A stretch of 64,000 nt of DNA from positions 1 to 64,000 of IMG/VR virus record IMGVR_UViG_2924880783_000005; one strand, given 5' to 3'. The notes below the pieces were generated by a model. That model saw nothing but the letters and a program-made list of their open reading frames with translations. It had not been told where the DNA came from and did no database searches. The translations under genes were made by a program, and so were the position numbers. The first letter of the stretch is position 1, and every line of letters starts with the position of its first letter. This document shows positions 36,641 through 46,839 of the stretch, piece after piece. Source of the stretch: a virus. Taxonomy: Duplodnaviria; Caudoviricetes.

Positions 36641-36852
36641 TTGACCGGTGGCGCATTACGGACGAGCAGCGCATCCGCCAGCGGACGATCTACATACGCC
36701 ACTACTTCCCCGGCGTGAATCTCGACACCGTTACGGACGAGGAGTTCGCGATGCTGTCCGAGGATGCGCTGTGGCTGCATGAGCAGATGCTCGCCAGCCG
36801 TATGCCGATACCGGTCACCCTGCCCGAAAAAACTTCCCGACAACCGCCGTAA
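36631..36852 (+). CDS. Chaperone extension (gpT-like) in the -1 frame, not in ORF track
   Basis: Open frame GKLIDRWRITDEQRIRQRTIYIRHYFPG...; no early ATG; overlaps G GTA AAC TGA. Confidence 0.65.
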   Translation, partial: GKLIDRWRITDEQRIRQRTIYIRHYFPGVNLDTVTDEEFAMLSEDALWLHEQMLASRMPIPVTLPEKTSRQPP

Positions 36853-36879
36853 GCCCCCGCGACTTACGGCGGTCGTCTT

Positions 36880-36911
36880 TAACCTCCGGTCATAAGGAAA
36901 CACTAATCTTT
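36880..36911 (+). promoter_or_regulatory. Putative late promoter TAACC-N18-CTAATCTTT (tape measure)
   Basis: Variant of the recurrent motif. Confidence 0.45.
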
Positions 36912-36933
36912 TACTGCGGAATACCATCAGACT

Positions 36934-39900
36934 ATGGCTCAGGAACAAAACTATCAAGTCAATTACAACATCAACGTCGATGCCTCGCAGGGGACCAAGC
37001 AGGTCATGGCCTTCGGCGAGGCTGTGGGCAAGCTGGTACAGGCCAAAGCCTCGCTGACGCCGGCTGTCAACAACATCAAAAACATGATGGAGGAGGTAGA
37101 CCGCGTGTTCCGCACCAAGAACGGTAAAAAGCGCAGTTTCGACTACCGCCTGACCATCGACACGAAAAACAGCGAACAAAAACTGGAGCGTGTCAAGGCT
37201 CTTCTAAGTGACATCTCGACGTTATCCAAAGGCATCAGCCTGACCATCAATGCCGGTCAGGTACTCGACACGAAAAAGGTCAAGTCTGCCACCAAAAGCC
37301 TATATGAGAAAAAAGCCGCCGAGATGCGGAAGGCGGACATCGAGAAGAACGCCGCCTCGTCCGTCACGACGATGGCCGATGCCCAGAAACGCATTACCAA
37401 GGCCATCGGCAAAATCAACTCGGCATTGGTTTCCGTTTCGCAAGGTCGTGAGCTCAATCTCAAGACCGACGTGGCCGAGCGGCGGCTGCAAACGGTTCTT
37501 TCCCTGCTCAAGCAACTCAAAAGTGCCTCCACATTCACCCTAAATATCCGTGACGGGCTTCCCGTTACGAGTGCCTCCACACCGTTCCCGTATATGCCGG
37601 ATGTTCCCGTGCCGTTTGCTCCGCAGCCTTTCGTCATGCCCGAAAAATCGCGGCAAAAACTGATGGAGAAGCTCTATACCGGCCAGCAGATGCACCGGCA
37701 GCGCATGGCGCAGGAGGCGGAGCGGTACGAGGCACAACAGGCCCGGAACAGCCGTCGCAAGGCGGAGCAGGACGCAGACTGGAGGCGTCGCAATGCCGCC
37801 CGCGAAGCGGAGCGTCTGCAACGTCAGGCGGAAGCTGCCCGGCGCAAAGAGGCCGCATCGGCGCGGCGGGCGGAGGAGAGGCGCCACAAGGCGGAAATCG
37901 CCGAGCAGCAACGGGCGGAGAAAGCCGCCCGGCAGCGTGAGCAACGTACCGCCATGCAGTCCGTGCGGCTGATGCAACGAGAACACACAGCCGCCGGAAC
38001 GCTCTACCGCAGCAAGCGCCGCGCAGCCATCAACCGCATCCAGTATTCGAAAGCGCCGTCATTCAGAGATTTGCCCTTCGCCTCGATGCTCAACGCCTAC
38101 ATGGGTTACAGTCTCGTGCGCTCGGAGCTGACGAAAGCCATCGACTACTCCAACATCATGGAGTCGGCACACTCCATTTTGCGGGTGGCGGATGCCGATC
38201 TGAAGACCTTCGAGAAGCGTTTCGACGAGATGGCACGGCATATCCGCAAAATCGGAATCGACACGAAGTTCACCGCCGTGGAGATTGCCGGGGCGGTGAA
38301 GTACCTCTCGATGGCGGGTATGAATATCGAGACCATACACAAGTCCATCCGTCCGATCACGAACCTCGCGCTCATCGGCGACAACGACGTGTCGTACATT
38401 GCCGACCTGGCGACCAATATCATGGCGGGGTACGACATCAATAACGACAGCATGGACAGCGTGGCGGACATCATCGCCTCCACCATCTCGCGCTCGAACG
38501 TCAATATCGTCGAAGTGGCCGAATCCTACAAGATGGCAGCCGGTTACCTGCGCATGGCGGGCGTGGACTTCACGGAATCGACCGCCGCCATCGGCCTGTT
38601 GGGTAACATGGGTCTGAAAGGCACGCTGGCCGGTACGTCACTCCGTGCCATGGCTACACGCTTCGCCAAGCCGACCAAGGAATCCCGGAAAGTACTCGAC
38701 CGTTTAGGCGTAAAATTCACCGAGATGCGTGACGTCGAGGGCGTCATGGTCGAGAGGCTGCGCCCTATCGCCGACATCTTCGAGGAACTGAACAAGAAAG
38801 GCGCGTCGATGGCCGACATGCAGGCCATATTCGGCAAGATCGGCGGTAATGCCGCCATGATGCTGGTGCGCAACTACGAACAGTTGCGCTCCCTGACGAC
38901 CCACAACCGGGGATCGCAGGGCATCTCCTCGGAACTGGCACTCGTAAAACAGAACACCACCAAAGGCCTGTGGGCACAGGTCACCTCGCAGCTTACCGAA
39001 GGGTTCATGCAGGCGTACCAGGTGCTTGAACCTTCCATTCGGGGCGTGCTGCGTTCCCTGCTTGCGAAGTTCAAGGCTCCGGAATTCACGCGGGGACTGG
39101 TCGCCATCGGCAACGCCCTGCTCGATGTCTTCACGGTTATCGGCAATATCGGCGCGTGGGTCACGCGCAACTTCCATTGGATAGAGCCCATGCTGTTCAC
39201 CGGGGTGGTCGCCGCCAAGCTGTTCAAGATTGCCGGCGCCCTGACCAACATCGGCATCGCTGTCGGTTTCATCGGCAAGCAGTCCGCCGCTGCGGGAACA
39301 ATCGATGCCGTCCGCAATCTTGTGGGCATGGGCGGTGCAGGCCGACTTTCCTTCGCCCAGAGGCGAGCCATCGTCTCGACCATGCAGGCTGCTGGTGTTG
39401 CGGGTCGCGGGGCCATGGCACAGGCATTGTTAGCCGGCGGCGGCACTATCGGCGCAAAAAACATCCTGCAATCTCTTTTTGCTACTCAAGTAGCTACCGG
39501 AACCGGTCTGACGGGGGCCGCCGCATCGCTCAGTGCCATAGGCACGGGAGCCGTAGCCGCCACGGCAGGTATCACCGCCTTAGTCGGGGCATTGGGATGG
39601 GTGGCATACAAAACTTGGAAGGTCAAGGAAGCGAAGGATGCCGTGCTTGAAGAGATCGGGCAGAACCGCAAATATCGCTATCCCTCCATCGAGGCGCTCT
39701 ATACCTCGCTCGGCGAGACCTACAGCATGGCCCTGAAAACCAAGCGGGCGGTGGACGAGGTCGTTGCCGGCAAGACCATCGAGCAGGCGTCCGGACATAA
39801 GATCGGGGCCTTCACGCGCAACTGGTGGAGCGGCTGGCTCGGGGAATTCGCCATAGGCGCGTCTGAAGGCATGGTCTCGCGTGACAACGTGTACAATATG

Positions 39901-40806
39901 GACGATGCCCGCCAGGATGATATCCGGGAAGCCCTTGTCACGTTGGCCCAACGCGACAGCCAGACCCGTATCAATGCCGCCTACGCCGAGTTCGGAAAGT
40001 TAGGAAACGTGTTGGAGGTGAACGCCTTCCTGAAAACGGTCCGGGAGAAGTTCGGGCAGCAGGATACGGACCTAGACAAGAGCCTGTGGCGCGTGGTGAA
40101 CGGGGAAATCGTCTACAACCGGGACATCGGTGACAAGCCGGAGGCGGTCGCCGCACAGACGTACGACTACGCCCGGTACATGAACGAGACCACCGTTCCG
40201 GAAATCATCCGTGCGGCGACGCTTTATCGTGACGCCATCTCCAGCCCCGCCAATGCACAGGAGCTGATGCGCAGGGGCGGCTTCGACTTCGCGCAACTTG
40301 CCAATTGGGGCTTCTCGCAGGACAAGGACGGGCGGTGGGTACAGCGTGTCCTGGGGAAAGACGCCACCGATACACAACGGATAGACAATATCGCGGACCG
40401 TAAGCTGGCACATAACGCCCTCGTGAAATTCTTCGCCTCGTTGCGACGTACCTTCGGCGGCTCTGCCGAGGCGGCGGAGAACATCATGCGCATGGCCGGA
40501 TTCACCCCCGACCAGTACAGCAACGAGCCGGATTCCAACGATGCCCGTCCGTTCGCCACCAACCCGATAACCAACTCGCATTTAGACGACGGCGGTGCGG
40601 GCGGCAACTACTCCGGCACGGGCAAGCTCTCATCGGCGGCTCCCAAGCAGGTCATCGTCAACATCGACAGCCTGCTGAGCGTGAAGACCATCGACCTGAT
40701 GAAATCCAAAGAGGGACAGAGCGAAGAGATACAGAACTTGAAACAACAACTCGCCGAGGCGCTGATCGATGTCGTACATGACTTCGACGCCTCCTGGAAC
40801 GCATAA
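36934..40806 (+). CDS. Tape measure protein (TP901-family core)
   Basis: 1290 aa, TKFTAVEIAGAVKYLSMAG, GTLAGTSLR; Ala/Gly-rich hydrophobic segment. Confidence 0.92.
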   Translation: MAQEQNYQVNYNINVDASQGTKQVMAFGEAVGKLVQAKASLTPAVNNIKNMMEEVDRVFRTKNGKKRSFDYRLTIDTKNSEQKLERVKALLSDISTLSKGISLTINAGQVLDTKKVKSATKSLYEKKAAEMRKADIEKNAASSVTTMADAQKRITKAIGKINSALVSVSQGRELNLKTDVAERRLQTVLSLLKQLKSASTFTLNIRDGLPVTSASTPFPYMPDVPVPFAPQPFVMPEKSRQKLMEKLYTGQQMHRQRMAQEAERYEAQQARNSRRKAEQDADWRRRNAAREAERLQRQAEAARRKEAASARRAEERRHKAEIAEQQRAEKAARQREQRTAMQSVRLMQREHTAAGTLYRSKRRAAINRIQYSKAPSFRDLPFASMLNAYMGYSLVRSELTKAIDYSNIMESAHSILRVADADLKTFEKRFDEMARHIRKIGIDTKFTAVEIAGAVKYLSMAGMNIETIHKSIRPITNLALIGDNDVSYIADLATNIMAGYDINNDSMDSVADIIASTISRSNVNIVEVAESYKMAAGYLRMAGVDFTESTAAIGLLGNMGLKGTLAGTSLRAMATRFAKPTKESRKVLDRLGVKFTEMRDVEGVMVERLRPIADIFEELNKKGASMADMQAIFGKIGGNAAMMLVRNYEQLRSLTTHNRGSQGISSELALVKQNTTKGLWAQVTSQLTEGFMQAYQVLEPSIRGVLRSLLAKFKAPEFTRGLVAIGNALLDVFTVIGNIGAWVTRNFHWIEPMLFTGVVAAKLFKIAGALTNIGIAVGFIGKQSAAAGTIDAVRNLVGMGGAGRLSFAQRRAIVSTMQAAGVAGRGAMAQALLAGGGTIGAKNILQSLFATQVATGTGLTGAAASLSAIGTGAVAATAGITALVGALGWVAYKTWKVKEAKDAVLEEIGQNRKYRYPSIEALYTSLGETYSMALKTKRAVDEVVAGKTIEQASGHKIGAFTRNWWSGWLGEFAIGASEGMVSRDNVYNMDDARQDDIREALVTLAQRDSQTRINAAYAEFGKLGNVLEVNAFLKTVREKFGQQDTDLDKSLWRVVNGEIVYNRDIGDKPEAVAAQTYDYARYMNETTVPEIIRAATLYRDAISSPANAQELMRRGGFDFAQLANWGFSQDKDGRWVQRVLGKDATDTQRIDNIADRKLAHNALVKFFASLRRTFGGSAEAAENIMRMAGFTPDQYSNEPDSNDARPFATNPITNSHLDDGGAGGNYSGTGKLSSAAPKQVIVNIDSLLSVKTIDLMKSKEGQSEEIQNLKQQLAEALIDVVHDFDASWNA

Positions 40807-40811
40807 CACCT

Positions 40812-41783
40812 ATGTCACGATTACTGAAAATAGCGGCATCGACCCTGCTGAGCGGCGGTATACTCAACCACGGCTCGCTCGGTGGATACATCAGCAACGC
40901 CACACGTCTGGCATTGGGTATGGGGCTGGCCGAACTGCAGGACGGGCAAGTCCATTATTTCTCCAAACACCACGACCTGCTCAAACGCGCGGTCGTGCAG
41001 ATCGCCTCGCAGACGGCTTACGGTATGTTACGCTCCTATCCCCGCTACCTGAAATATTGGGAGCAGCGTGTCAGGGACAAATACCTCGAGACACAGTCGC
41101 AGTCCAGCCTCGCCAACAAGACAGGACAATACTACCAGCTTATCAGCGAGCAGCAGGCTGTGGCCCAAAAGAAAAATTATACCGATACCATCGTCGGCCG
41201 CACTGTCGCGGACTATCTGGAGCTCTCCATTCCCAAAGAGGGCAAATACTACGACAACAAGGAGTGCAAGGCGGAGTCCAACAGCAAATACGGTCTTGTG
41301 ACGTTCGTCGATTTGGGACCGCAGGTACAGGTGTCGAGCCGCAACAACATTCTGCTCACGCAGGTGCAAGGCAGGGATTATACCCGTAAGGAATTCATCT
41401 CGGGCGGCGATTTGGAGATTACGATAAACGGTAAGATTACTTCCAAATATCCTGACGTGTATCCCGAAGCCGAGGTGTCGAAATTCATCAAGCTGGTACA
41501 GTTCAAAGGTGTCGTCGATTGCGACAATACCATTTTGCGGCAGTTCAATATCCGTCAGCTCATCATTCAGGGCTACACGTTCCAGCCCACGGATTGCCGC
41601 AACGTGCAGCCTTATTCGCTCACGTGCGTCGCCGTGGAGCCTTCGGAGGCCGTGGAGCTGAAACTCGCCGATGCCGAAGTCGTCGATACGGCCATCAAGC
41701 ATACCAACAAATGGATCAAATGGGTGAAGTTCGGGACCGAGGTCATCGACCCTGCATCGCTCCTAAAATTCACATGGCTATGA
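40812..41783 (+). CDS. Tail/baseplate tube-initiator-like protein (DUF6046-like C-terminus)
   Basis: VQGRDYTRKEFISGGD motif; position after the tape measure. Confidence 0.6.
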   Translation: MSRLLKIAASTLLSGGILNHGSLGGYISNATRLALGMGLAELQDGQVHYFSKHHDLLKRAVVQIASQTAYGMLRSYPRYLKYWEQRVRDKYLETQSQSSLANKTGQYYQLISEQQAVAQKKNYTDTIVGRTVADYLELSIPKEGKYYDNKECKAESNSKYGLVTFVDLGPQVQVSSRNNILLTQVQGRDYTRKEFISGGDLEITINGKITSKYPDVYPEAEVSKFIKLVQFKGVVDCDNTILRQFNIRQLIIQGYTFQPTDCRNVQPYSLTCVAVEPSEAVELKLADAEVVDTAIKHTNKWIKWVKFGTEVIDPASLLKFTWL

Positions 41784-43093
41784 TGGACGTGCTTTGTTGT
41801 AGGATTACCATCGGCGACGCCGACCCGTCGAATCCCATGAAGATTACGGACAGCGTGGAAATTACGGAGGTCCACACGCTGGAGATCAACGAGAGCTACA
41901 AGAAACTCATCGGGACGGCAAAGGTGACCTTCCCCAAGGGAACGGTCTGCCGCTCGACCATTATCGGTAGCGTAACGCTGGAAGGCAAGGACGCCTCGCG
42001 CCTGACGACGGAGGTCATGCAGGACGGGGTCATCATCGAGAAACGGAGTACACAACGGTTAGTCGACGAGACGACCTTCAAAGTCGGCCAGCGCATCAAC
42101 ATCAAACTGGGATACAACGGGATATTGAAGAACATGTTCGACGGCTACATCACCGGCTACAATTCGGACAGTATGATGCAAATACAATGCGAGAACATGG
42201 CTTACAAACTCAAACTCAAGCAGGCCCCGCATTTCGAGACACCGGTCAAGGGGACGACCGTGAACGACGTACTGGAAGGCAAATACAATATCCTGAAAGA
42301 TACGGGCTTCAAAATTCACTCCGACACGAAGAAATGCGAGATCCATATCGGCAAGGTCAAGGTGACGGACAACTTTACGGTGGCCGACATCCTCTCCGAG
42401 TGGTCGAAATACAAGGTCTATTGTTTCCTGAAATATGACGCTGAAGACGGGAGCGCGATGCCGGCGGTTGCCATCGGCCGGCCCTATTCATCGAGCAAGG
42501 CGCAACCGGTCTTTCCCGAGGACGAATCGATGGGACCTTATAGGATTCAATTCAACGAGCACGTCGCGCAGAGCAATCTGAAGATTGTCAAGACCGACCC
42601 GAAATTCCTTGCCGTCACGGGAAAGGCACTCGGTACGGACGAGAAATTTTTCGAAGTGACCATCCGTCTGAATCCCGAGTACGACCCGACTGTTGCCGGC
42701 AGCAAGCAGTACCAGACGGTGAACGCCACGCAAATCTCCAAGAAGACGCACAAGGTCACGGGCAACACGACAGCGACGGGGGCTGCGACGAAGACGAAGG
42801 TGGACTTATCGACGTATACCATCGTGCCGTACATGTCGCCGCACATCGGCATCACCTCCGACCAACTTGTGGAGGAGACGACGGAGTATTTCCGGAATTA
42901 CAACCTGAACGGCATCACGGGCAGTATCACCCTCTTCGGGGATTTCGGGCTGCAGCCCGCCGTGCAGGTGGAACTTATCGACAATCGCAATCCGTCGAAG
43001 AACGGCGTCTATCTCGTCGAGGAGGTGACGACCACATTCGGGGTCGGAGGATACAGACAACAGTTGAGTATTCCGTATAAAATAAAGAAATAG
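41780..43093 (+). CDS. Baseplate hub / late control D-like protein
   Basis: INIKLGY...FDGYI, GSITLFG, GVYLVEEVTTTFG. Confidence 0.75.
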   Translation: MMDVLCCRITIGDADPSNPMKITDSVEITEVHTLEINESYKKLIGTAKVTFPKGTVCRSTIIGSVTLEGKDASRLTTEVMQDGVIIEKRSTQRLVDETTFKVGQRINIKLGYNGILKNMFDGYITGYNSDSMMQIQCENMAYKLKLKQAPHFETPVKGTTVNDVLEGKYNILKDTGFKIHSDTKKCEIHIGKVKVTDNFTVADILSEWSKYKVYCFLKYDAEDGSAMPAVAIGRPYSSSKAQPVFPEDESMGPYRIQFNEHVAQSNLKIVKTDPKFLAVTGKALGTDEKFFEVTIRLNPEYDPTVAGSKQYQTVNATQISKKTHKVTGNTTATGAATKTKVDLSTYTIVPYMSPHIGITSDQLVEETTEYFRNYNLNGITGSITLFGDFGLQPAVQVELIDNRNPSKNGVYLVEEVTTTFGVGGYRQQLSIPYKIKK

Positions 43094-43105
43094 TTATAAA
43101 GGACG

Positions 43106-43942
43106 TTATGATATATCCGATTGGGGATTTTCTGCAGCTTTCTGTTTTTCTGACGGATGGTGTTTTGACTTGTATTTCCATAAGTCGAAATCTTCTATTG
43201 AGGCATAATGTCCCAATTGACAGGCAGTATACTTTTCATAGGTATCCTTGTCCACCGGATAGCCGTTCTGGAAATATTTGACACGGGGCTCATTATACAG
43301 GTCTATATACTCAATCATCACCATTGTATTTTTTTCGAAATCTATTTTGGGAATATCATGAGCATCCGGCAGACTATATGAATAGGCTAATAAGCTGCCA
43401 TACTTGGCCAAATTTCTTCTCGTTTTAGAATTCTTTGTCTTGAAAATCAAATCATTGTCGGATATACGTTGCGCATTACCCCAATAATCAAAGAGATGGA
43501 TGTTATCAACAAAATGCTGGTTTGGATGATTGTACGTCCAGACCAAAAATGTTTTTACTATAATGTTCTTAATCAGAAATGAGCGTGTGCCATAGTTGTA
43601 AATTTCCAGTTCTTCGTATGATGAATCTTTCCCCTCCTCGTCATGTCCCGGATATTCCACATTTTTAATTATAAAGTTGGGTTGATGCTCCATTTTTTGG
43701 TATTCCAGGAGCTGGTCCTGCATTTTCTGCTGATCGAACATGATCCAAATGGTTATCAAACCAACGACAATGGAGGCTATCGCGGTACATACTGTGGCAA
43801 TTCCGACCCATCTGTCCATCTGGCTGTCTTCCGATGGAGTTGTCTCAAGTTGAAACCCTATAAAAAATACTGCCAGTGTGGTAATGAGTACACATACGAG
43901 CACTATCATGCGCGATAATAAAAAATTTTTGTTATTTGCCAT
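43106..43942 (-). CDS. Antisense cargo membrane protein (two N-terminal TM helices + soluble domain)
   Basis: Hydrophobic aa ~12-30 and ~45-68; visibly AT-richer than flanks. Confidence 0.75.
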   Translation of the reverse strand: MANNKNFLLSRMIVLVCVLITTLAVFFIGFQLETTPSEDSQMDRWVGIATVCTAIASIVVGLITIWIMFDQQKMQDQLLEYQKMEHQPNFIIKNVEYPGHDEEGKDSSYEELEIYNYGTRSFLIKNIIVKTFLVWTYNHPNQHFVDNIHLFDYWGNAQRISDNDLIFKTKNSKTRRNLAKYGSLLAYSYSLPDAHDIPKIDFEKNTMVMIEYIDLYNEPRVKYFQNGYPVDKDTYEKYTACQLGHYASIEDFDLWKYKSKHHPSEKQKAAENPQSDIS

Positions 43943-43944
43943 AT

Positions 43945-44136
43945 TCAGTCCCAGTCGTTGAAATTATCGGGGTCCATTTCGAGACAGGGCAGCTTCGGGC
44001 AGGGAATTTCATGCTGCCGGCAATAGCATCCGCATTTCTCACTTTCTTCTTGACAACAACATTCCTCCTCATGGCAATGACAGGTATGGATGTCATTGTC
44101 CGTTTCCTTTATATAATCTTCTGACTCTGTTTTCAT
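43945..44136 (-). CDS. 63-aa Cys/His/acidic-rich small protein
   Basis: HTCHCHEEECCCQ...CGCYC...CPKLPC; 2 nt from the next ATG. Confidence 0.5.
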   Translation of the reverse strand: MKTESEDYIKETDNDIHTCHCHEEECCCQEESEKCGCYCRQHEIPCPKLPCLEMDPDNFNDWD

Positions 44137-44203
44137 GTCTTAATTTCATAAGCGACTGCAAAATTATAATATTCTCGCCATATAGACGAATGAAAATCAA
44201 AAT

Positions 44204-44233
44204 AAACCAGGCCTCAAACCATCAGCTACTCTT
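44204..44233 (+). promoter_or_regulatory. Putative late promoter AAACC-N17-CTACTCTT
   Basis: Recurrent motif at the restart after the second antisense insertion. Confidence 0.6.
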
Positions 44234-44244
44234 AAAAAAACATC

Positions 44245-45150
44245 ATGTCTGAAATATCCAACCATACAACCGACAACAGTCGCTACCTTATCTGCGAAGC
44301 TATCCGCAAGATTGCTTTGGGACGCAGTATGGAGCGTATCAGTATGGCTCCGGGCGGAATGTCGGGTGTGGGCACGGCCCGCATGGTCCACGGCTATGTG
44401 GCCAAGATTCACGACGACCCTTCGGACGAGGAGTTCGCGGAATACGGCGGCACCGTTGACGTGGGCGAATATCCCGACGAGACCGCCTCGGCGGAACCTG
44501 TCATCCACAAGGGCGTACTGCTCACGGCCGCCACCGAAAACGGGAACGGCTTCCTGCTCGTTCCCACGCTGTTCTCCGACGTCACTATCTTCATGGATGC
44601 CGCCACACGCTATGCCTACGTGGTGAACTTCTCTCATGTAGATATTATTCGGATGAATGCACACAAAGAAACGACTATCGGTGTTACCGAAACAGAGGCA
44701 CTGGATGCGGACTCCGATTCCTCGCCGGACTACGACGAGTTGGAACCGACGGGAAACGAGGCGCACACGACCTATTCCGCCAAGGGAATCACGGCGAGGG
44801 TGAAAAACGACGGCGGCAAAGAGTCGTCGGTCATGCAAGAGGCGGAACGTATCACCCATACTGTAGATAAATCCGAGGTCATGCAAACTACGGACAAGGT
44901 GGTGCAAAAAGTGAACTCCACGACCATCGCCGTTGCGGACAACAAGGTGACACTCGGAGACGAACAGGCGACAGAGCCGCTGGTATTGGGTAACGAACTG
45001 GCGCAGCTCATGCTGGACTTTCTGACGGAGTGCTCGAAAATCATGACGCCGACGCTGATGGGGACCATGCAACCTCTGAACTTTCCCAACTTCCTGCCCC
45101 TGACCTCACGTATCCAGAAATTCCTTTCCAAGACCAGTTACACCAAATGA
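44245..45150 (+). CDS. Baseplate spike (gpV/gp5-like)
   Basis: OB-fold-like N-terminus, short beta-repeat C-terminus, EPLVLGNEL motif. Confidence 0.65.
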   Translation: MSEISNHTTDNSRYLICEAIRKIALGRSMERISMAPGGMSGVGTARMVHGYVAKIHDDPSDEEFAEYGGTVDVGEYPDETASAEPVIHKGVLLTAATENGNGFLLVPTLFSDVTIFMDAATRYAYVVNFSHVDIIRMNAHKETTIGVTETEALDADSDSSPDYDELEPTGNEAHTTYSAKGITARVKNDGGKESSVMQEAERITHTVDKSEVMQTTDKVVQKVNSTTIAVADNKVTLGDEQATEPLVLGNELAQLMLDFLTECSKIMTPTLMGTMQPLNFPNFLPLTSRIQKFLSKTSYTK

Positions 45151-46835
45151 GCGTACACCTTCATCCCGACATCGAGCAGTTGGACCGGTCGAGCCTTTGC
45201 TATCTGGTCTACATGCAATTGTACCATACCTTTTTCAATGCCCAGGAACGCAAAAGTGCGGAGAACCCTTACGGTATCGAGGAGGGTGACGAAACGAGCA
45301 TACGTCTGAAAAATACTGCTTACGGGTTCGCCTCCGTCATTGCGGGGGCGGTTTCCATCGGCGGTGGCAGCGGTTCCGACGGCGGCCTGTTGCTGGATTA
45401 CCTTAAAAAGTCCGGCGGTGACATGACGGGGACGTTGCATGCCGGTTACGGATTCGCGGCCGGTGTGGGCAATACCCGTATTCTGGAAACCTACCGGGAG
45501 GAACAGACCGATGCGGAAGGTATCGTAACCGGTGTGGAGTACGGCATACGCGTTGTCGGCCGCTTGCAGCTCGGGGGCGGCGGGCTTTATTTAGGAGGCA
45601 GGCAAGTGCTGCGCTATGACGCCGATATGGCAACCGCCACGCTCGACGCGTCGCATCTCGACGTGCATGCCGGAGAGGTCCGCTCTTCCGGCGAATGGCT
45701 GTTCGGGGACAGGGAAAGCGGTGTCTTTATCTCGCCTACGCTGTTGCGGGTTGCAGGGCATGACGTGTACCACCGTGGCAACGCGAACCTTCCGGCGGTA
45801 GACTGGACGATGCACGACGGCTCGGTTCTGGGGAATCTCACCGTTGCGGGAGAGGTCGTTTTGAACGGGGCCTTGTCGGCATTACAGGGCGTACGGTTGG
45901 GGGATAAAGGGAAAACCCTGTTGAGCTTTTCCGGCGAAGACGTTGCATTGAGCGGTTACCTCTCTTTCGGTGAAGGGTTCGGCATCCGCATCGGCGGGTG
46001 GAACGTCCTGGTACGGGAGAGCGGGAACCGGATACGGTTAGGCGGCATCGGCGGCGACTTGCTCCTGGGCAGCGGCGACACGCCCAAGATACGGCTCTTC
46101 TCCGGGCTTTCGGACATCGACGGCGACTGCCTGCTCATCTCGCCGTACGGTCGTGCCTGTTTCCCCGGGTCGCTGACCGTCAGGCACGACTACGGCGCCG
46201 ACCTGCTCTCGACCTATCGGGTAGACGCCACGGATGAAGGCATCATTCTCCACAAGAGGTTGCGTATGGGCAGCGCCGACGGATTCCTGGTTAGGGGCGA
46301 CAAAGAGACTTTATCCATGACCGCGAGCGTGGCATACATTGAAGACGGCATGCGGACACTCGTTCCGCATACGACCCGTATAAGGTATAGCGCCTCGACC
46401 AGCCGGTACGCACCGCAGCACCGCAAGTCCGAGTCGCTCGCCCTTACTACCGATGCCGACTTTATTGTGGCGGGTGTACCGCTGGAGGCTGCCGGTCATA
46501 TCGGCATCGACGGCTCCGCAACCCGTTTGGCGGATGGCGTGCTATACTTTACCGAGGAGTTGCGCCTGCAAGCCGTCGCCGGGGGTGTCAAGCATCACGG
46601 CGACAGCCTGTTTACGGGTTCGCTCTCTTCCGAGCTCTTCTCTTCGGGTTTGGCGGGTAGCGGCTGGGCTATCCTTAGAAACCGCACGACGGGCAGCGTC
46701 ACCGCCACCTTCGACGAGGTGGTGGCACGCCGCCGGTTTCGCGCCTACGAGTTCGAGGTGAAGAAAACTTCCGCCACCAACGGCTCCTTTTGGGTGAGCG
46801 ACAGTTGTTCCGGCGACACCGTAGAAAAATTATAA
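45147..46835 (+). CDS. Gly-rich tail/baseplate structural protein
   Basis: 562 aa, ATGA-coupled to the spike; beta-rich. Confidence 0.65.
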   Translation: MSVHLHPDIEQLDRSSLCYLVYMQLYHTFFNAQERKSAENPYGIEEGDETSIRLKNTAYGFASVIAGAVSIGGGSGSDGGLLLDYLKKSGGDMTGTLHAGYGFAAGVGNTRILETYREEQTDAEGIVTGVEYGIRVVGRLQLGGGGLYLGGRQVLRYDADMATATLDASHLDVHAGEVRSSGEWLFGDRESGVFISPTLLRVAGHDVYHRGNANLPAVDWTMHDGSVLGNLTVAGEVVLNGALSALQGVRLGDKGKTLLSFSGEDVALSGYLSFGEGFGIRIGGWNVLVRESGNRIRLGGIGGDLLLGSGDTPKIRLFSGLSDIDGDCLLISPYGRACFPGSLTVRHDYGADLLSTYRVDATDEGIILHKRLRMGSADGFLVRGDKETLSMTASVAYIEDGMRTLVPHTTRIRYSASTSRYAPQHRKSESLALTTDADFIVAGVPLEAAGHIGIDGSATRLADGVLYFTEELRLQAVAGGVKHHGDSLFTGSLSSELFSSGLAGSGWAILRNRTTGSVTATFDEVVARRRFRAYEFEVKKTSATNGSFWVSDSCSGDTVEKL

Positions 46836-46839
46836 TGCC

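Noticed and set aside
36844-36872. Hairpin as the frameshift stimulator
   Set aside because: Lies ~200 nt downstream of the slippery site, too far; more likely a terminator or processing signal
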